A stretch of 36,580 nt of DNA. Origin: an uncultured bacterium. Its GTDB lineage: Bacteria > Planctomycetota > Phycisphaerae > Phycisphaerales > SM1A02. A program made the translations under genes and the position numbers. Below, in pieces: positions 1-9,013 of the stretch. Numbering within the stretch: position 1 is the stretch's first letter; the number at the start of each line of letters is the position of its first letter. A model generated the notes under the pieces. The model had not been told where the DNA came from. It was given only the letters and a program-made list of their open reading frames with translations, and did not search any database. The stretch lies in NCBI GenBank assembly GCA_903856525.1, contig CAIOCH010000040.1:1-36580 (forward strand), written 5' to 3'.

Positions 1-1
1 C

Positions 2-840
<839 letters not shown>

Positions 841-844
<4 letters not shown>

Positions 845-1791
845 TCTACGCCGGCATCGACGAGGCGGGCTACGGCCCCCTGCTTGGACCGCTGTGCGTC
901 GGGGTGAGCGCGTTCCGCTTGCCCGACGTGCGCGATGCCGCGTCGGCGCCCGACCTGTGGTCGCTGCTCTCCGCCGGCGTGTGCCGCAAGCCCAAGGACG
1001 CGCGACGCCGCATCGCCATCGCCGACAGCAAGAAGCTCAAGAGCGCGGGCAGGCAGCCGACGGTGCATCTCGAGCGCGGCGTGCTGGCGTTCACCTCGCA
1101 TGCGCTCGGCTCCGACGCCGCGCTGTTCGAGGAGCTCGGCGTGCACGCGCGCGCCTCGAAGGCGGCACCATGGCATGCGCTCGAGCTGCCCCTGCCCGAG
1201 TGCCACACCGCCGATGAACTCGCGATCGCACGCAATGTGGTGCGCCGCGCGCACGAGCGGGCGGGGATCGAGCTCGCGCGCTTTGGCGTGACGGCGCTCG
1301 ACGCGCCTGCGTTCAACGCGCTCTACCGCGAGCTCGCCAACAAGGCGCACGTGAACATGTCGCTGGTGTTCGAGGGCGTGCGCCAGGTCGAGCTCATGCG
1401 CGGCGACGAGCCCGCGTTCATCGCCGTCGACCGCCAGGGCGGACGCGCCGACTACACACGCGAACTCGAGGAGCATGTCGCCCGCGGCGCGCGCGTGCGC
1501 ACCATCGCCGAGAGCGACGAGCGCTCGACCTACGAGGTGGGCGACGGCCTCTTCGTGAGCTTCGAGGTCGAGGCCGAGGACCGACACCTCCCCGTCGCCC
1601 TCGCCTCGATGGGCGCGAAGTTCGTACGGGAGCTCTTCATGCGCCGCCTGAACGCGTTCTTTGCGGAACGCCAGCCGGGTCTCGCACCGACGGCCGGCTA
1701 CGTGGAGGACGGGCGGCGTTTCCTCGCCGAGGTGAAGCCGATCCTGGTCCGCGAAGCGATTCCGGAGTCGGAGTTCGCGCGGGTCGTCTGA
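841..1791 (+). CDS. RNase HII-family (type 2 RNase H) protein, atypical long form with a ~100-aa insertion
   Basis: The N-terminus MIYAGIDEAGYGPLLGPL resembles the RNase HII motif G(V/I)DEAGRGP. The motifs ADSKKL, AVDRQGG and AEDRHLPVALASMGAKFVRE line up with the DSK, second Asp and D-x5-(A/S)AASI-AK motifs, so the DEDD residues appear retained. The GTG start overlaps the mnmA stop (GTGA at 841-844). Confidence 0.6.
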
Positions 1792-1873
1792 CCCTGGAAC
1801 CCCCGTCCAGGCGTAGAACCGCGGTCGAGAGGGACGGCCACCCCCCCGGGGGGCGCCGCCCGCGGGCAAGCCG

Positions 1874-1902
1874 TTGCATTGGCTCGGGCAGGGGCTTACA
1901 CT
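1874..1902 (+). promoter_or_regulatory. sigma70-like promoter candidate TTGCAT-N17-TACACT, ~280 nt upstream of fusA
   Basis: TTGCAT at 1874-1879, a 17-nt spacer and TACACT at 1897-1902, in a 391-bp intergenic region. AT-containing hexamers are rare in this GC-rich DNA. The promoter consensus of this organism is unknown to me. Confidence 0.35.
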
Positions 1903-2047
1903 GTTCGGCTCGGCGGTTTTTCGCCGATCAGGACCATTCCCCGTGCCCGACCCCGTGACCACCGACGACCCAGCCAGTACCGACGACGACCGCCGCGCGA
2001 GTGCGCGCCGTGGTTCGTCGCCGCGAGACTGGTTGAGGGGCGTCCGG

Positions 2048-2075
2048 TGAGTTGACGCGCATGAGTTGACGCGCA
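2048..2075. repeat. Perfect 14-bp tandem direct repeat TGAGTTGACGCGCA x2 in the fusA upstream region
   Basis: Bases 2048-2061 and 2062-2075 are identical. Each unit contains TTGACG (-35-like). Confidence 0.9.
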
Positions 2076-2182
2076 CGGTTCGTTCCCCAGTTCACATTCC
2101 GGATTGAAACGGCTCGCCGAGGACGGCGGCCACGATCGACACTCAGTCCCGCCCGTCGGCGGGCAACATCAGGATTCCCGAC

Positions 2183-4294
2183 ATGGCTACCGATCTCAAC
2201 AGGGTCCGCAACATCGGCATCTGCGCGCACATCGACGCAGGCAAGACCACCGTCTCCGAACGCATCCTCTTCTACACCGGCCGCAACTACAAGATCGGCG
2301 AGGTGCACGAGGGCACGGCGACCATGGACTTCCTCCAGGAAGAGCAGGAGCGCGGCATCACCATCCAGTCGGCCGCGACCACCTGCCCATGGACCAAGGA
2401 CGGCGTCGACTACAAGGTCAACCTGATCGACACCCCGGGCCACGTCGACTTCACCATCGAGGTGGAGCGCTCGCTGCGCGTGCTCGACGGCGCGTGCGCG
2501 GTGTTTGACGGCAAGGAAGGCGTCGAGGCGCAGTCCGAGACCGTGTGGCGCCAGGCCGACCGCTACGGCGTTCCGCGTCTCTGCTTCATCAACAAGATGG
2601 ACAAGATGGGCGCCGACTGGGACTTCTCCTTCGCGTCGATCCGCTCGCGCCTCGGCGCCAACGGCATCGCCATCCAGCTGCCGATCGGCAAGGGCAACGA
2701 CTTCATCGGCATCATCGACCTCGTGGAGATGAAGGCCATCTACTTCTCGCAGGAGGATCAGGGCGCCCACATGACCGACGGCGAGATCCCCGCCGAGCTC
2801 AAGGACAAGGCCGAGATCTTCCACGCCGAGCTCATCGAGAAGGTGGCTGAGATCGACGACGAGCTCACGGAGGCCTACCTGACCGATGCGAGCAAGATCA
2901 CCAAGGAGCAGCTCAAGGCCGCGCTCCGCAGGGGCACCATCGCCATCAAGTGCTTCCCCGTGCTCTGCGGCGCCGCGCTCAAGAACATCGGCGTGCAGAA
3001 GATCCTCGACGCCGCCGTCGACTACCTGCCCAACCCGACCGAGCGCCCCGAGACCAAGGGCGTGAACCCGGACGACGTCAACCAGGCGATGACCCGCCCG
3101 CACGACCCGAACGCGCCCTTCTCAGCGCTGGTGTTCAAGGTCGTGTCGGACACCCACGGCGACCTCACCTACATCCGCGTGTACTCGGGCAAGCTCGACA
3201 AGGGCACCCGCGTGCTCAACCCCGGCAACGGCAAGCGCGAGAACGTGAGCCGCATCTTCGAGATGCACGCCAACAACCGCAACGCGCTCGAGGAAGTGGA
3301 CGCCGGCAACATCGTCGCCGTCATCGGCCTCAAGAACTCGTACACCGGCGACACGATCTGCGACCCCGAGAATCCCATCATCCTCGAGCGCATGACCTTC
3401 CCCGAGCCCGTGATCTCGATGGCGATCGAGCCGATCACCGCCGACGACAAGAAGAAGCTCGGCGACGCGCTCACCACCATCCGCCGCGAGGATCCCTCGT
3501 TCCGCTCGAACTACAACGACGAGACGGGCGAGACCATCATCGCGGGCATGGGTGAGCTCCACCTCGAGATCATCAAGAACAAGCTCACGCGCGACATGAA
3601 GATCGGCGTCAACGTCGGCAAGCCCCGCGTCTCGTACCGCGAGACGATCACGGGCATGGCCAACGATGTCCGCGGTCTCTTCAAGAAGCAGACCGGTGGT
3701 CGCGGCCAGTTCGGCGACGCGGTCGTCAGCGTCTCCCCCATCACCCCGGAGGAGGCTGCCGCCGAGGAGCTGAAGATGAAGGACGGCGTCGTGTTCGAGG
3801 ACAAGATCTCGGGCGGCGTGGTTCCGCGCGAGTTCATCCCGAGCATCGAGTACGGCGTGCGCCAGGCCGCGGCCTCGGGCGTGCTCGGCGGCTACCCCGT
3901 CATCAACGTGCGCGTCCAGCTCGTGTTCGGTTCGTACCACGACGTCGACTCGAGCCAGGTGGCGTTCGAGCAGGCCGGCATGCTCGCCTTCCGCGAGGCG
4001 GTCATGAAGGCGAAGCCGGCGCTCCTCGAGCCCATCATGAAGCTCGTCGTCACCACGCCGGACGAGTTCTTCGGCAACGTGTCGGGCGACATCGCCTCCC
4101 GCCGCGGCCAGATCACCGACCAGGAGATGCGCGGCAACGCGCGTCTGCTCACCTGCGAGGTGCCGCTGTCCGAGCTCTTCGGCTACACCACGACGCTGCG
4201 CTCGATGACGCAGGGCCGCGCCACCAGCTCGATGGAGCCGCTCACCTACCGCGTGATGCCCGAGCGCCTCAAGGACGCCGTCCTCAAGAAGTGA
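2183..4294 (+). CDS. fusA: Translation elongation factor G
   Basis: 703 aa. G motifs AHIDAGKTT, DTPGHVDF and NKMD are present, as are the domain IV loop GSYHDVDSS and full-length EF-G-like sequence (RNIGICAHIDAGKTTVSERILFYTG...). Confidence 0.97.
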   Translation: MATDLNRVRNIGICAHIDAGKTTVSERILFYTGRNYKIGEVHEGTATMDFLQEEQERGITIQSAATTCPWTKDGVDYKVNLIDTPGHVDFTIEVERSLRVLDGACAVFDGKEGVEAQSETVWRQADRYGVPRLCFINKMDKMGADWDFSFASIRSRLGANGIAIQLPIGKGNDFIGIIDLVEMKAIYFSQEDQGAHMTDGEIPAELKDKAEIFHAELIEKVAEIDDELTEAYLTDASKITKEQLKAALRRGTIAIKCFPVLCGAALKNIGVQKILDAAVDYLPNPTERPETKGVNPDDVNQAMTRPHDPNAPFSALVFKVVSDTHGDLTYIRVYSGKLDKGTRVLNPGNGKRENVSRIFEMHANNRNALEEVDAGNIVAVIGLKNSYTGDTICDPENPIILERMTFPEPVISMAIEPITADDKKKLGDALTTIRREDPSFRSNYNDETGETIIAGMGELHLEIIKNKLTRDMKIGVNVGKPRVSYRETITGMANDVRGLFKKQTGGRGQFGDAVVSVSPITPEEAAAEELKMKDGVVFEDKISGGVVPREFIPSIEYGVRQAAASGVLGGYPVINVRVQLVFGSYHDVDSSQVAFEQAGMLAFREAVMKAKPALLEPIMKLVVTTPDEFFGNVSGDIASRRGQITDQEMRGNARLLTCEVPLSELFGYTTTLRSMTQGRATSSMEPLTYRVMPERLKDAVLKK

Positions 4295-4318
4295 TCGGCA
4301 TGCACACCGCATGATCCA

Positions 4319-4353
4319 GCGGCCGCCGGGCAACCGGCGGCCGCTGTCGTTTT
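4319..4353 (+). terminator. Rho-independent terminator of fusA
   Basis: Perfect 11-bp stem GCGGCCGCCGG / CCGGCGGCCGC with a GCAA tetraloop (4319-4344), followed by TGTCGTTTT. It begins 25 nt after the fusA stop. Confidence 0.8.
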
Positions 4354-4405
4354 CGGCGGGCTTTCCTGCGCTCGGCGCACGGACGGCGCCGCCAACTCCG
4401 CAGGC

Positions 4406-4434
4406 GTGACGGGACCGTCCGCCGCGCCTACCAT
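4406..4434 (+). promoter_or_regulatory. Promoter candidate GTGACG-N17-TACCAT placed to give a leaderless or near-leaderless mRNA for the phosphatase gene
   Basis: The -10-like TACCAT ends 8 nt before the ATG at 4443. There is no Shine-Dalgarno sequence between them. The site lies downstream of the fusA terminator, so the gene needs its own promoter. Confidence 0.3.
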
Positions 4435-4442
4435 GGCGCCCC

Positions 4443-6392
4443 ATGGCCGACCCGCAGGGCGAACCATCCGAGCTGCAAGGTGAACGCGGGCTGTTCCGCG
4501 CGGAGTACGAGCGCGAGCTCGGGCATTGGCTGCGGCGTCGGCTCGGATGGCTGTGCGTCGCCTACGCGACCTTCCAGGTGCTCGCGACCGTGTCCGTCGT
4601 GGTGACCACGATCTGGGCGGAGGAACTGATCGAGGCGCGGGAGCGGGACCGGGCGCGCGCGGCCGCGATGGAGGGCGATTCCGACGCCGCCGCATCCGAG
4701 TCACCCAACGCACGCGCGCAGACGCCACTCGACGCAGTGGGGGAGATCGCGCGCGACATCGCGCGGGAGGTCCGCCGCGAGGACCCCGGCGCCGCCCCGC
4801 CGTCGCGTCAACCCATCGGACGCATGGTCGACCGATGGTGGGAGGACACGATCGCGCCGATCACGGTGCGGGATCGCGGTGCCGGCGCCGCCGGCGGGAG
4901 CGAGCCTGACGGCGTGCCGCAAGCGGAAGCGGGACCTTCCTCCGTCAACACGGGAATCGCCATCGACTCCGCCGCGCGGCCGCGGGCCGAGCCCGAGATT
5001 GCGCCCGATCTGCGCATCCCCTGGTTCATCTGGCTCGCACTCAACATCCCCAGCCTCGTGGTGATCGCCTGGTTCGGGCTGCACGTGCGACCTCGCCTCT
5101 TCACCCGCGCCGAACTGGTGGATGCCGCGTCGCGCATGATCATCACGCTCGGCTTCCTCACCTTCGGACTCGAGACGGGCATGCTGCTCGCGAGCCCGAA
5201 CGCGACGGCGATGCCGCTCTTCTCGATCTTCGTGTGGCACGTGACGGCATCGCTGTTCCTCCCGTGGAGTTGGCGCGAGTCGCTCAAGCCGATCCTCCCC
5301 ATCCTCCTCTGCTGGGTGCTGCTGCGCGCGGGGCTCGCGTCGGAGAGCGGCGAGTGGTTGGAGTTCGTGCTGGCGGTGCTCTTCGCCCCGCTCCTCTTCG
5401 TGCCCGCGCTCGTCCTCTGCTACGTGCGGCTGCGCTGGCACCGCAACCGCTTCAAGTCGGGCTTCGTGGGGCGCCGGTTCGTGCAGATGCGGCGCGAGTT
5501 CCTGCAGGCGCGCGCGGTGCACGAGTCGCTCTTCCCCAAGCCGCTCGACGCGGGCTGGATGCGCTTCGACTTCGGCTACCGCCCCGCTGCCGACATCGGC
5601 GGAGACTTCATCCACGTGTGGACGGACGATCGCGAGCGCTTCCATTTGGCGCTGATCGATGTGACGGGCCACGGGCTGGCGAGCGCCATGAGCGTGGCAC
5701 GCATCCACGGCGAGATCGAGCGCCTGCGCGACGAGTATCCCGACGAGGGCCCCGCGCGGATCCTGCTGCGGCTGAACCGCTACTTCCACCGGCTGCTGGC
5801 GAAGCACAAGCTGTACGCCACCGCGGTGCTGCTGATGATCGACCCGCACAGCGGTGAACTGCACTACGCGAACGCGGGGCATCCACCCGTGTTCGTGCGC
5901 TCGCGCGGTCGTGTGACGGAACTCGCCTCCACCACCTTCCTGCTGGGCGCCGTGGACGACTCGATGTTCGGCGACGAGGAGGGCGTGGTTCGCCTCGAGG
6001 AGGGCGACACGATGATCCTCTACACCGACGGCGCCTACGACGCGCGGAATCCGAAGGGCGAGCGCTTCGGACTCGACCGGCTGCGCGAGATCCTGCAGCG
6101 GTCGTCGGCGCCACCGAGCTGGACGCAGTACCTCATGCGCCTGGTGGAGACCTTCGAGGCGGGCATGCCCGAGGATGACCTGCTGATCGCAGAGGTATCG
6201 TTCTTCAGCCGCCGCAGCCTGTCCTCGATCACGGGCGATGATCTGCCGCGCTCCGCGCCGGGTTCACCGGGTAGTTCATCGGATGGTTCATCGGGTGGTC
6301 CATCGGGTGGTTCGAGAAACCCTTCCGCCATCACGACCGGTGCTCCGTCGACCATTCCGTCCTCCGAACAGTACCCGGGTGCCCAAGCATGA
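4443..6392 (+). CDS. Polytopic membrane protein with a C-terminal PP2C/SpoIIE-type serine phosphatase domain (RsbU-like)
   Basis: SpoIIE/PP2C motifs are present: GGDFIHVW, LIDVTGHGLASAM, ANAGHPP and LYTDG. Several hydrophobic helices lie in residues ~190-340 (FIWLALNIPSLVVIAWFGL, MPLFSIFVWHVTASLFL, LLFVPALVLCYV). The N-terminus is acidic and Ala-rich. The C-terminal tail is Ser/Gly-rich. Confidence 0.85.
   Translation: MADPQGEPSELQGERGLFRAEYERELGHWLRRRLGWLCVAYATFQVLATVSVVVTTIWAEELIEARERDRARAAAMEGDSDAAASESPNARAQTPLDAVGEIARDIAREVRREDPGAAPPSRQPIGRMVDRWWEDTIAPITVRDRGAGAAGGSEPDGVPQAEAGPSSVNTGIAIDSAARPRAEPEIAPDLRIPWFIWLALNIPSLVVIAWFGLHVRPRLFTRAELVDAASRMIITLGFLTFGLETGMLLASPNATAMPLFSIFVWHVTASLFLPWSWRESLKPILPILLCWVLLRAGLASESGEWLEFVLAVLFAPLLFVPALVLCYVRLRWHRNRFKSGFVGRRFVQMRREFLQARAVHESLFPKPLDAGWMRFDFGYRPAADIGGDFIHVWTDDRERFHLALIDVTGHGLASAMSVARIHGEIERLRDEYPDEGPARILLRLNRYFHRLLAKHKLYATAVLLMIDPHSGELHYANAGHPPVFVRSRGRVTELASTTFLLGAVDDSMFGDEEGVVRLEEGDTMILYTDGAYDARNPKGERFGLDRLREILQRSSAPPSWTQYLMRLVETFEAGMPEDDLLIAEVSFFSRRSLSSITGDDLPRSAPGSPGSSSDGSSGGPSGGSRNPSAITTGAPSTIPSSEQYPGAQA
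6261..6308. repeat. Imperfect 12-bp in-frame tandem repeat (x4) encoding the GS-rich tail of the phosphatase
   Basis: The units are ggttcaccgggt, agttcatcggat, ggttcatcgggt and ggtccatcgggt. They encode GSPGSSSDGSSGGPSG. Confidence 0.8.
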
Positions 6393-7522
6393 CGCCCCAT
6401 GCAGCGACGGCGGATCCGCACCGCATCGATCCTGATCGAGTGCGACGGCTGCTCGATCACGCCGTGCGCATCGCGGTGCGCGGCCACGGTGGCGCGGAGC
6501 CGAACCCGATGGTGGGTTGCGTGATCGCAACCGCCGGTGGAGCCGTGATCGCCGAGGGTTTCCACCGACGCTGCGGCGGGCCGCATGCCGAGATCGAGGC
6601 CCTGCGCGCCGCGGGCGAGCGCGCGCGCGGCGCGGTGGCGCTGGTCACGCTCGAGCCGTGCGCACACCGCGGACGAACGGGGCCATGTGCGGATGCGCTC
6701 ATCGACGCTGGCGTGTCGCAGGTGCTGTACGCGGTGCCCGATCCCAATCCACTCGCCCGCGGTGGCGCCGCGAGGCTGCGCGAGGCGGGTGTTGCGGCGG
6801 ACCATGTGCCGCATGCGGGTGCACTCGAGCTGGCGCGGCCCTTTCTCAAGCGCGTGACCACGGGGTTGCCGTGGGTCACCGCGAAATGGGCGCAGTCGGT
6901 CGACGGCGCGATCGCGCTCGCCAACGGCGACAGCAAGTGGCTCTCCTGCGGGAGGTCGCGGCGGATGGTGCACCGCGAGCGCGGGCGCGTCGATGCGATC
7001 CTCACCGGGATCGGCACGGTGATCGAGGATGACCCGCAGCTCACGCCGCGAGGGGTGCGCGTCCAGCGCATGCCGCGACGGGTGGTGTTCGATCCCGAGG
7101 TCGAGATCCCGATCGAGTCGCGGCTCTGCGATGGCACCGCGCGGACCACGCTGCTCGTGGGCGCGACCCTCGACCGCGCGGCCGAGGGTCGGCTTGCGAT
7201 GCTGCGGGCGCGCGGCGTGGATGCCGTCGCGCTCGGCGCGGACGATCGGATCGAGCCGGCGCTGCGGACGCTCGCGGGCCAAGGCGTGTCCACGGTGCTG
7301 GTCGAGGCCGGGGGCGGTGTGGTCGGCCGACTGGTCGCCGAAGGGCTCCTCGACGAAGCCTGGGTATTCGTGGCACCGCTCGTTGTGGGCGACGGGCTCG
7401 CGCAGCGTCCCGCTCGGGGCATGGAGCGCTCGATCCTGGCGGAGATTCCGCGCGGACGGCTCCTCGCGGTGCGTCGACGAGGCGAGGACGCATTGCTGCA
7501 GTTCCGCTTCGGTACGGCCTGA
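6389..7522 (+). CDS. ribD: Bifunctional riboflavin biosynthesis protein RibD (pyrimidine deaminase / uracil reductase)
   Basis: Deaminase zinc motifs are present: PNPMVGCVI, HAEIEAL and LEPCAHRGRTGPC. A C-terminal RibD_C-like reductase half follows (WVTAKWAQSVDG..., ILTGIGTVIEDDPQLT). The ATG overlaps the upstream stop (ATGA at 6389-6392). Confidence 0.93.
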   Translation: MTPHAATADPHRIDPDRVRRLLDHAVRIAVRGHGGAEPNPMVGCVIATAGGAVIAEGFHRRCGGPHAEIEALRAAGERARGAVALVTLEPCAHRGRTGPCADALIDAGVSQVLYAVPDPNPLARGGAARLREAGVAADHVPHAGALELARPFLKRVTTGLPWVTAKWAQSVDGAIALANGDSKWLSCGRSRRMVHRERGRVDAILTGIGTVIEDDPQLTPRGVRVQRMPRRVVFDPEVEIPIESRLCDGTARTTLLVGATLDRAAEGRLAMLRARGVDAVALGADDRIEPALRTLAGQGVSTVLVEAGGGVVGRLVAEGLLDEAWVFVAPLVVGDGLAQRPARGMERSILAEIPRGRLLAVRRRGEDALLQFRFGTA

Positions 7523-7579
7523 CGCGCCGGAACCGGCGTCCACTCCGCGGCGATGCGAGCGCGATCGCGCTGCGCGGGC

Positions 7580-9013
7580 TCACCGGCGCGCGCGGAAACC
7601 GAGTTCCTCGGATGTCAGGGGCAGCTCGATGCCGCCGTGGAGGCGCAGCACGCCATCGCCGTTCTCGAGCACGATGCGCCCATCGGTCGCGCGGCGCGCG
7701 ATGCGAACGGTGTCGAGCGGCTCGCTGGCGAAGCCGATGAAACTCACCGTCGCGAGCAGTTCCGCTGCAGGGAACGGCGCAACCTCGACGCCCGTGGCGC
7801 GTGTCTCCGTGAGTGCCTTGAGGAGACCCTCGACGGCGGCGGTCTCGACCGTGCCCGCGGTCGACTCGCCGCTGCCCTGTCGACCGAGCGATGCGGTCCA
7901 TCCATCGGTCTCGCGCCGCAGGGTGAGGCGCGGAGCACCTTCGGCGGCACCGAGCGCGATCTCGATCGAGGCGATGTCGCGGGCGCGCACGCCACTCGCC
8001 ACCGCATCGATGAGTCGCTCGAGCCTTGGAATCATGGGTGCGAGCACGGCGGCGGGGAGCCGCACGACCGTGGTGGTTCCGTCGAGCATGCCGAAGCGAT
8101 CCTGCGCTCCGAGGGACACCACATCGCCGATCAGCAGCGCCCTCCGCGTGCCCGCCGAATCGACCTCGATCGTGGCGCCCGCGGGCTCGAGACCGTAGAC
8201 GGAGAGCTCCACGGGTCGATCCGAAACGAACCCCCCGCTCTTGGCGCGGCGCAGCGCATCGACGAGTTCCTCGACCTGCACGCGGTCGGCGCGGGTGCGC
8301 ACGGGCGATTCGATGCGGTAGTTTCGGCCATCGCGCGCGATCACCATGTCACCCGACGGGGCCCGAAGCGCAAGCCGATCCACCGCGCCGAGATCCGCGA
8401 AGAGATCGCGGCGGCGGAACTCCTTGGGATCGCGCCCGAGGGCGTACTCGTGGAGCTCGGCGTCGATCACCTGATAGCCGTCGGCTGCCGCACCGGGAGC
8501 GGATGCCACCCGCGCGTAGGCGCGGCCGGCCAGGCTCCGTCGACCAAGCTCCACGGCGATCGTGCGCGGCGCCACCGGACTCCCCGCGGAAGCGGCGGTC
8601 GAGCCTGCGGGACCGATCGCCGCCGAGTCCTCACGCAGCTCGATGCGCGCGGCCGGGGGAGAAAGGCCCGCCTCCGCCAGCCTGGCGGCGCGGGTCGCGT
8701 CATCACCGAGCTCCACAGTGCGCACCGACTCCGCCTTGAGCACGCGACCGATCAACTGTCGCATGCTCCAGCCGTCAATGGCATGGTGCACGGGCTCGGT
8801 CTGCTGCCAGGCGCTGCCCCGCCGCTCGAACACATGCTGCACGCCATCGCGCTCAAGCACGATGGTGGCAACGCGGTCTGGGTCGATCGCGTCGGCGGCC
8901 ACGAGCGGCGCGCGCGAGACCGCGCGCTGCGCCGGCCCATCGCCAAGCTGCAGCGACGCAGCGGCAAGCGCGCCCGCGACGGCGAAGGCGATGCATCCGC
9001 GGACCCACCTCAT
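7580..9013 (-). CDS. DUF4340-like protein (third gene of the ABC/GldG operon), N-terminal signal/anchor
   Basis: I trimmed the start to ATG at 9013, which gives MRWVRGCIAFAVAGALAAAS. This start forms an ATGA overlap with the upstream stop. It is a repetitive beta-rich protein of ~477 aa in the position DUF4340 proteins typically occupy after gldG-like genes. Family assignment rests on context and overall pattern only. Confidence 0.65.
   Translation of the reverse strand: MRWVRGCIAFAVAGALAAASLQLGDGPAQRAVSRAPLVAADAIDPDRVATIVLERDGVQHVFERRGSAWQQTEPVHHAIDGWSMRQLIGRVLKAESVRTVELGDDATRAARLAEAGLSPPAARIELREDSAAIGPAGSTAASAGSPVAPRTIAVELGRRSLAGRAYARVASAPGAAADGYQVIDAELHEYALGRDPKEFRRRDLFADLGAVDRLALRAPSGDMVIARDGRNYRIESPVRTRADRVQVEELVDALRRAKSGGFVSDRPVELSVYGLEPAGATIEVDSAGTRRALLIGDVVSLGAQDRFGMLDGTTTVVRLPAAVLAPMIPRLERLIDAVASGVRARDIASIEIALGAAEGAPRLTLRRETDGWTASLGRQGSGESTAGTVETAAVEGLLKALTETRATGVEVAPFPAAELLATVSFIGFASEPLDTVRIARRATDGRIVLENGDGVLRLHGGIELPLTSEELGFRARR

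Noticed and set aside
1841-1853. A C7G6 palindrome (CCCCCCCGGGGGG) after the RNase HII-like gene, considered as a terminator.
   Set aside because: It has no loop and no T-tract. Homopolymer palindromes of this kind are expected by chance in DNA this GC-rich.
2183-4294. Stand-alone fusA considered as a specialised EF-G paralog (EF-G2 or tetracycline-protection-like).
   Set aside because: All G-domain motifs and the domain IV loop are canonical EF-G. Without the rest of the genome I cannot tell whether another copy exists, so only the gene context is noted.
6300-6392. Expected an FMN riboswitch upstream of ribD.
   Set aside because: The ribD start overlaps the stop of the preceding coding gene (ATGA), so there is no non-coding space for a riboswitch.
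7558-7571. A perfect 14-bp palindrome AGCGCGATCGCGCT between convergent ribD and the DUF4340 gene, considered as a bidirectional terminator.
   Set aside because: There is no U-tract on either side and the stem would have no loop. It may still form a hairpin, but the evidence is insufficient to call a terminator.
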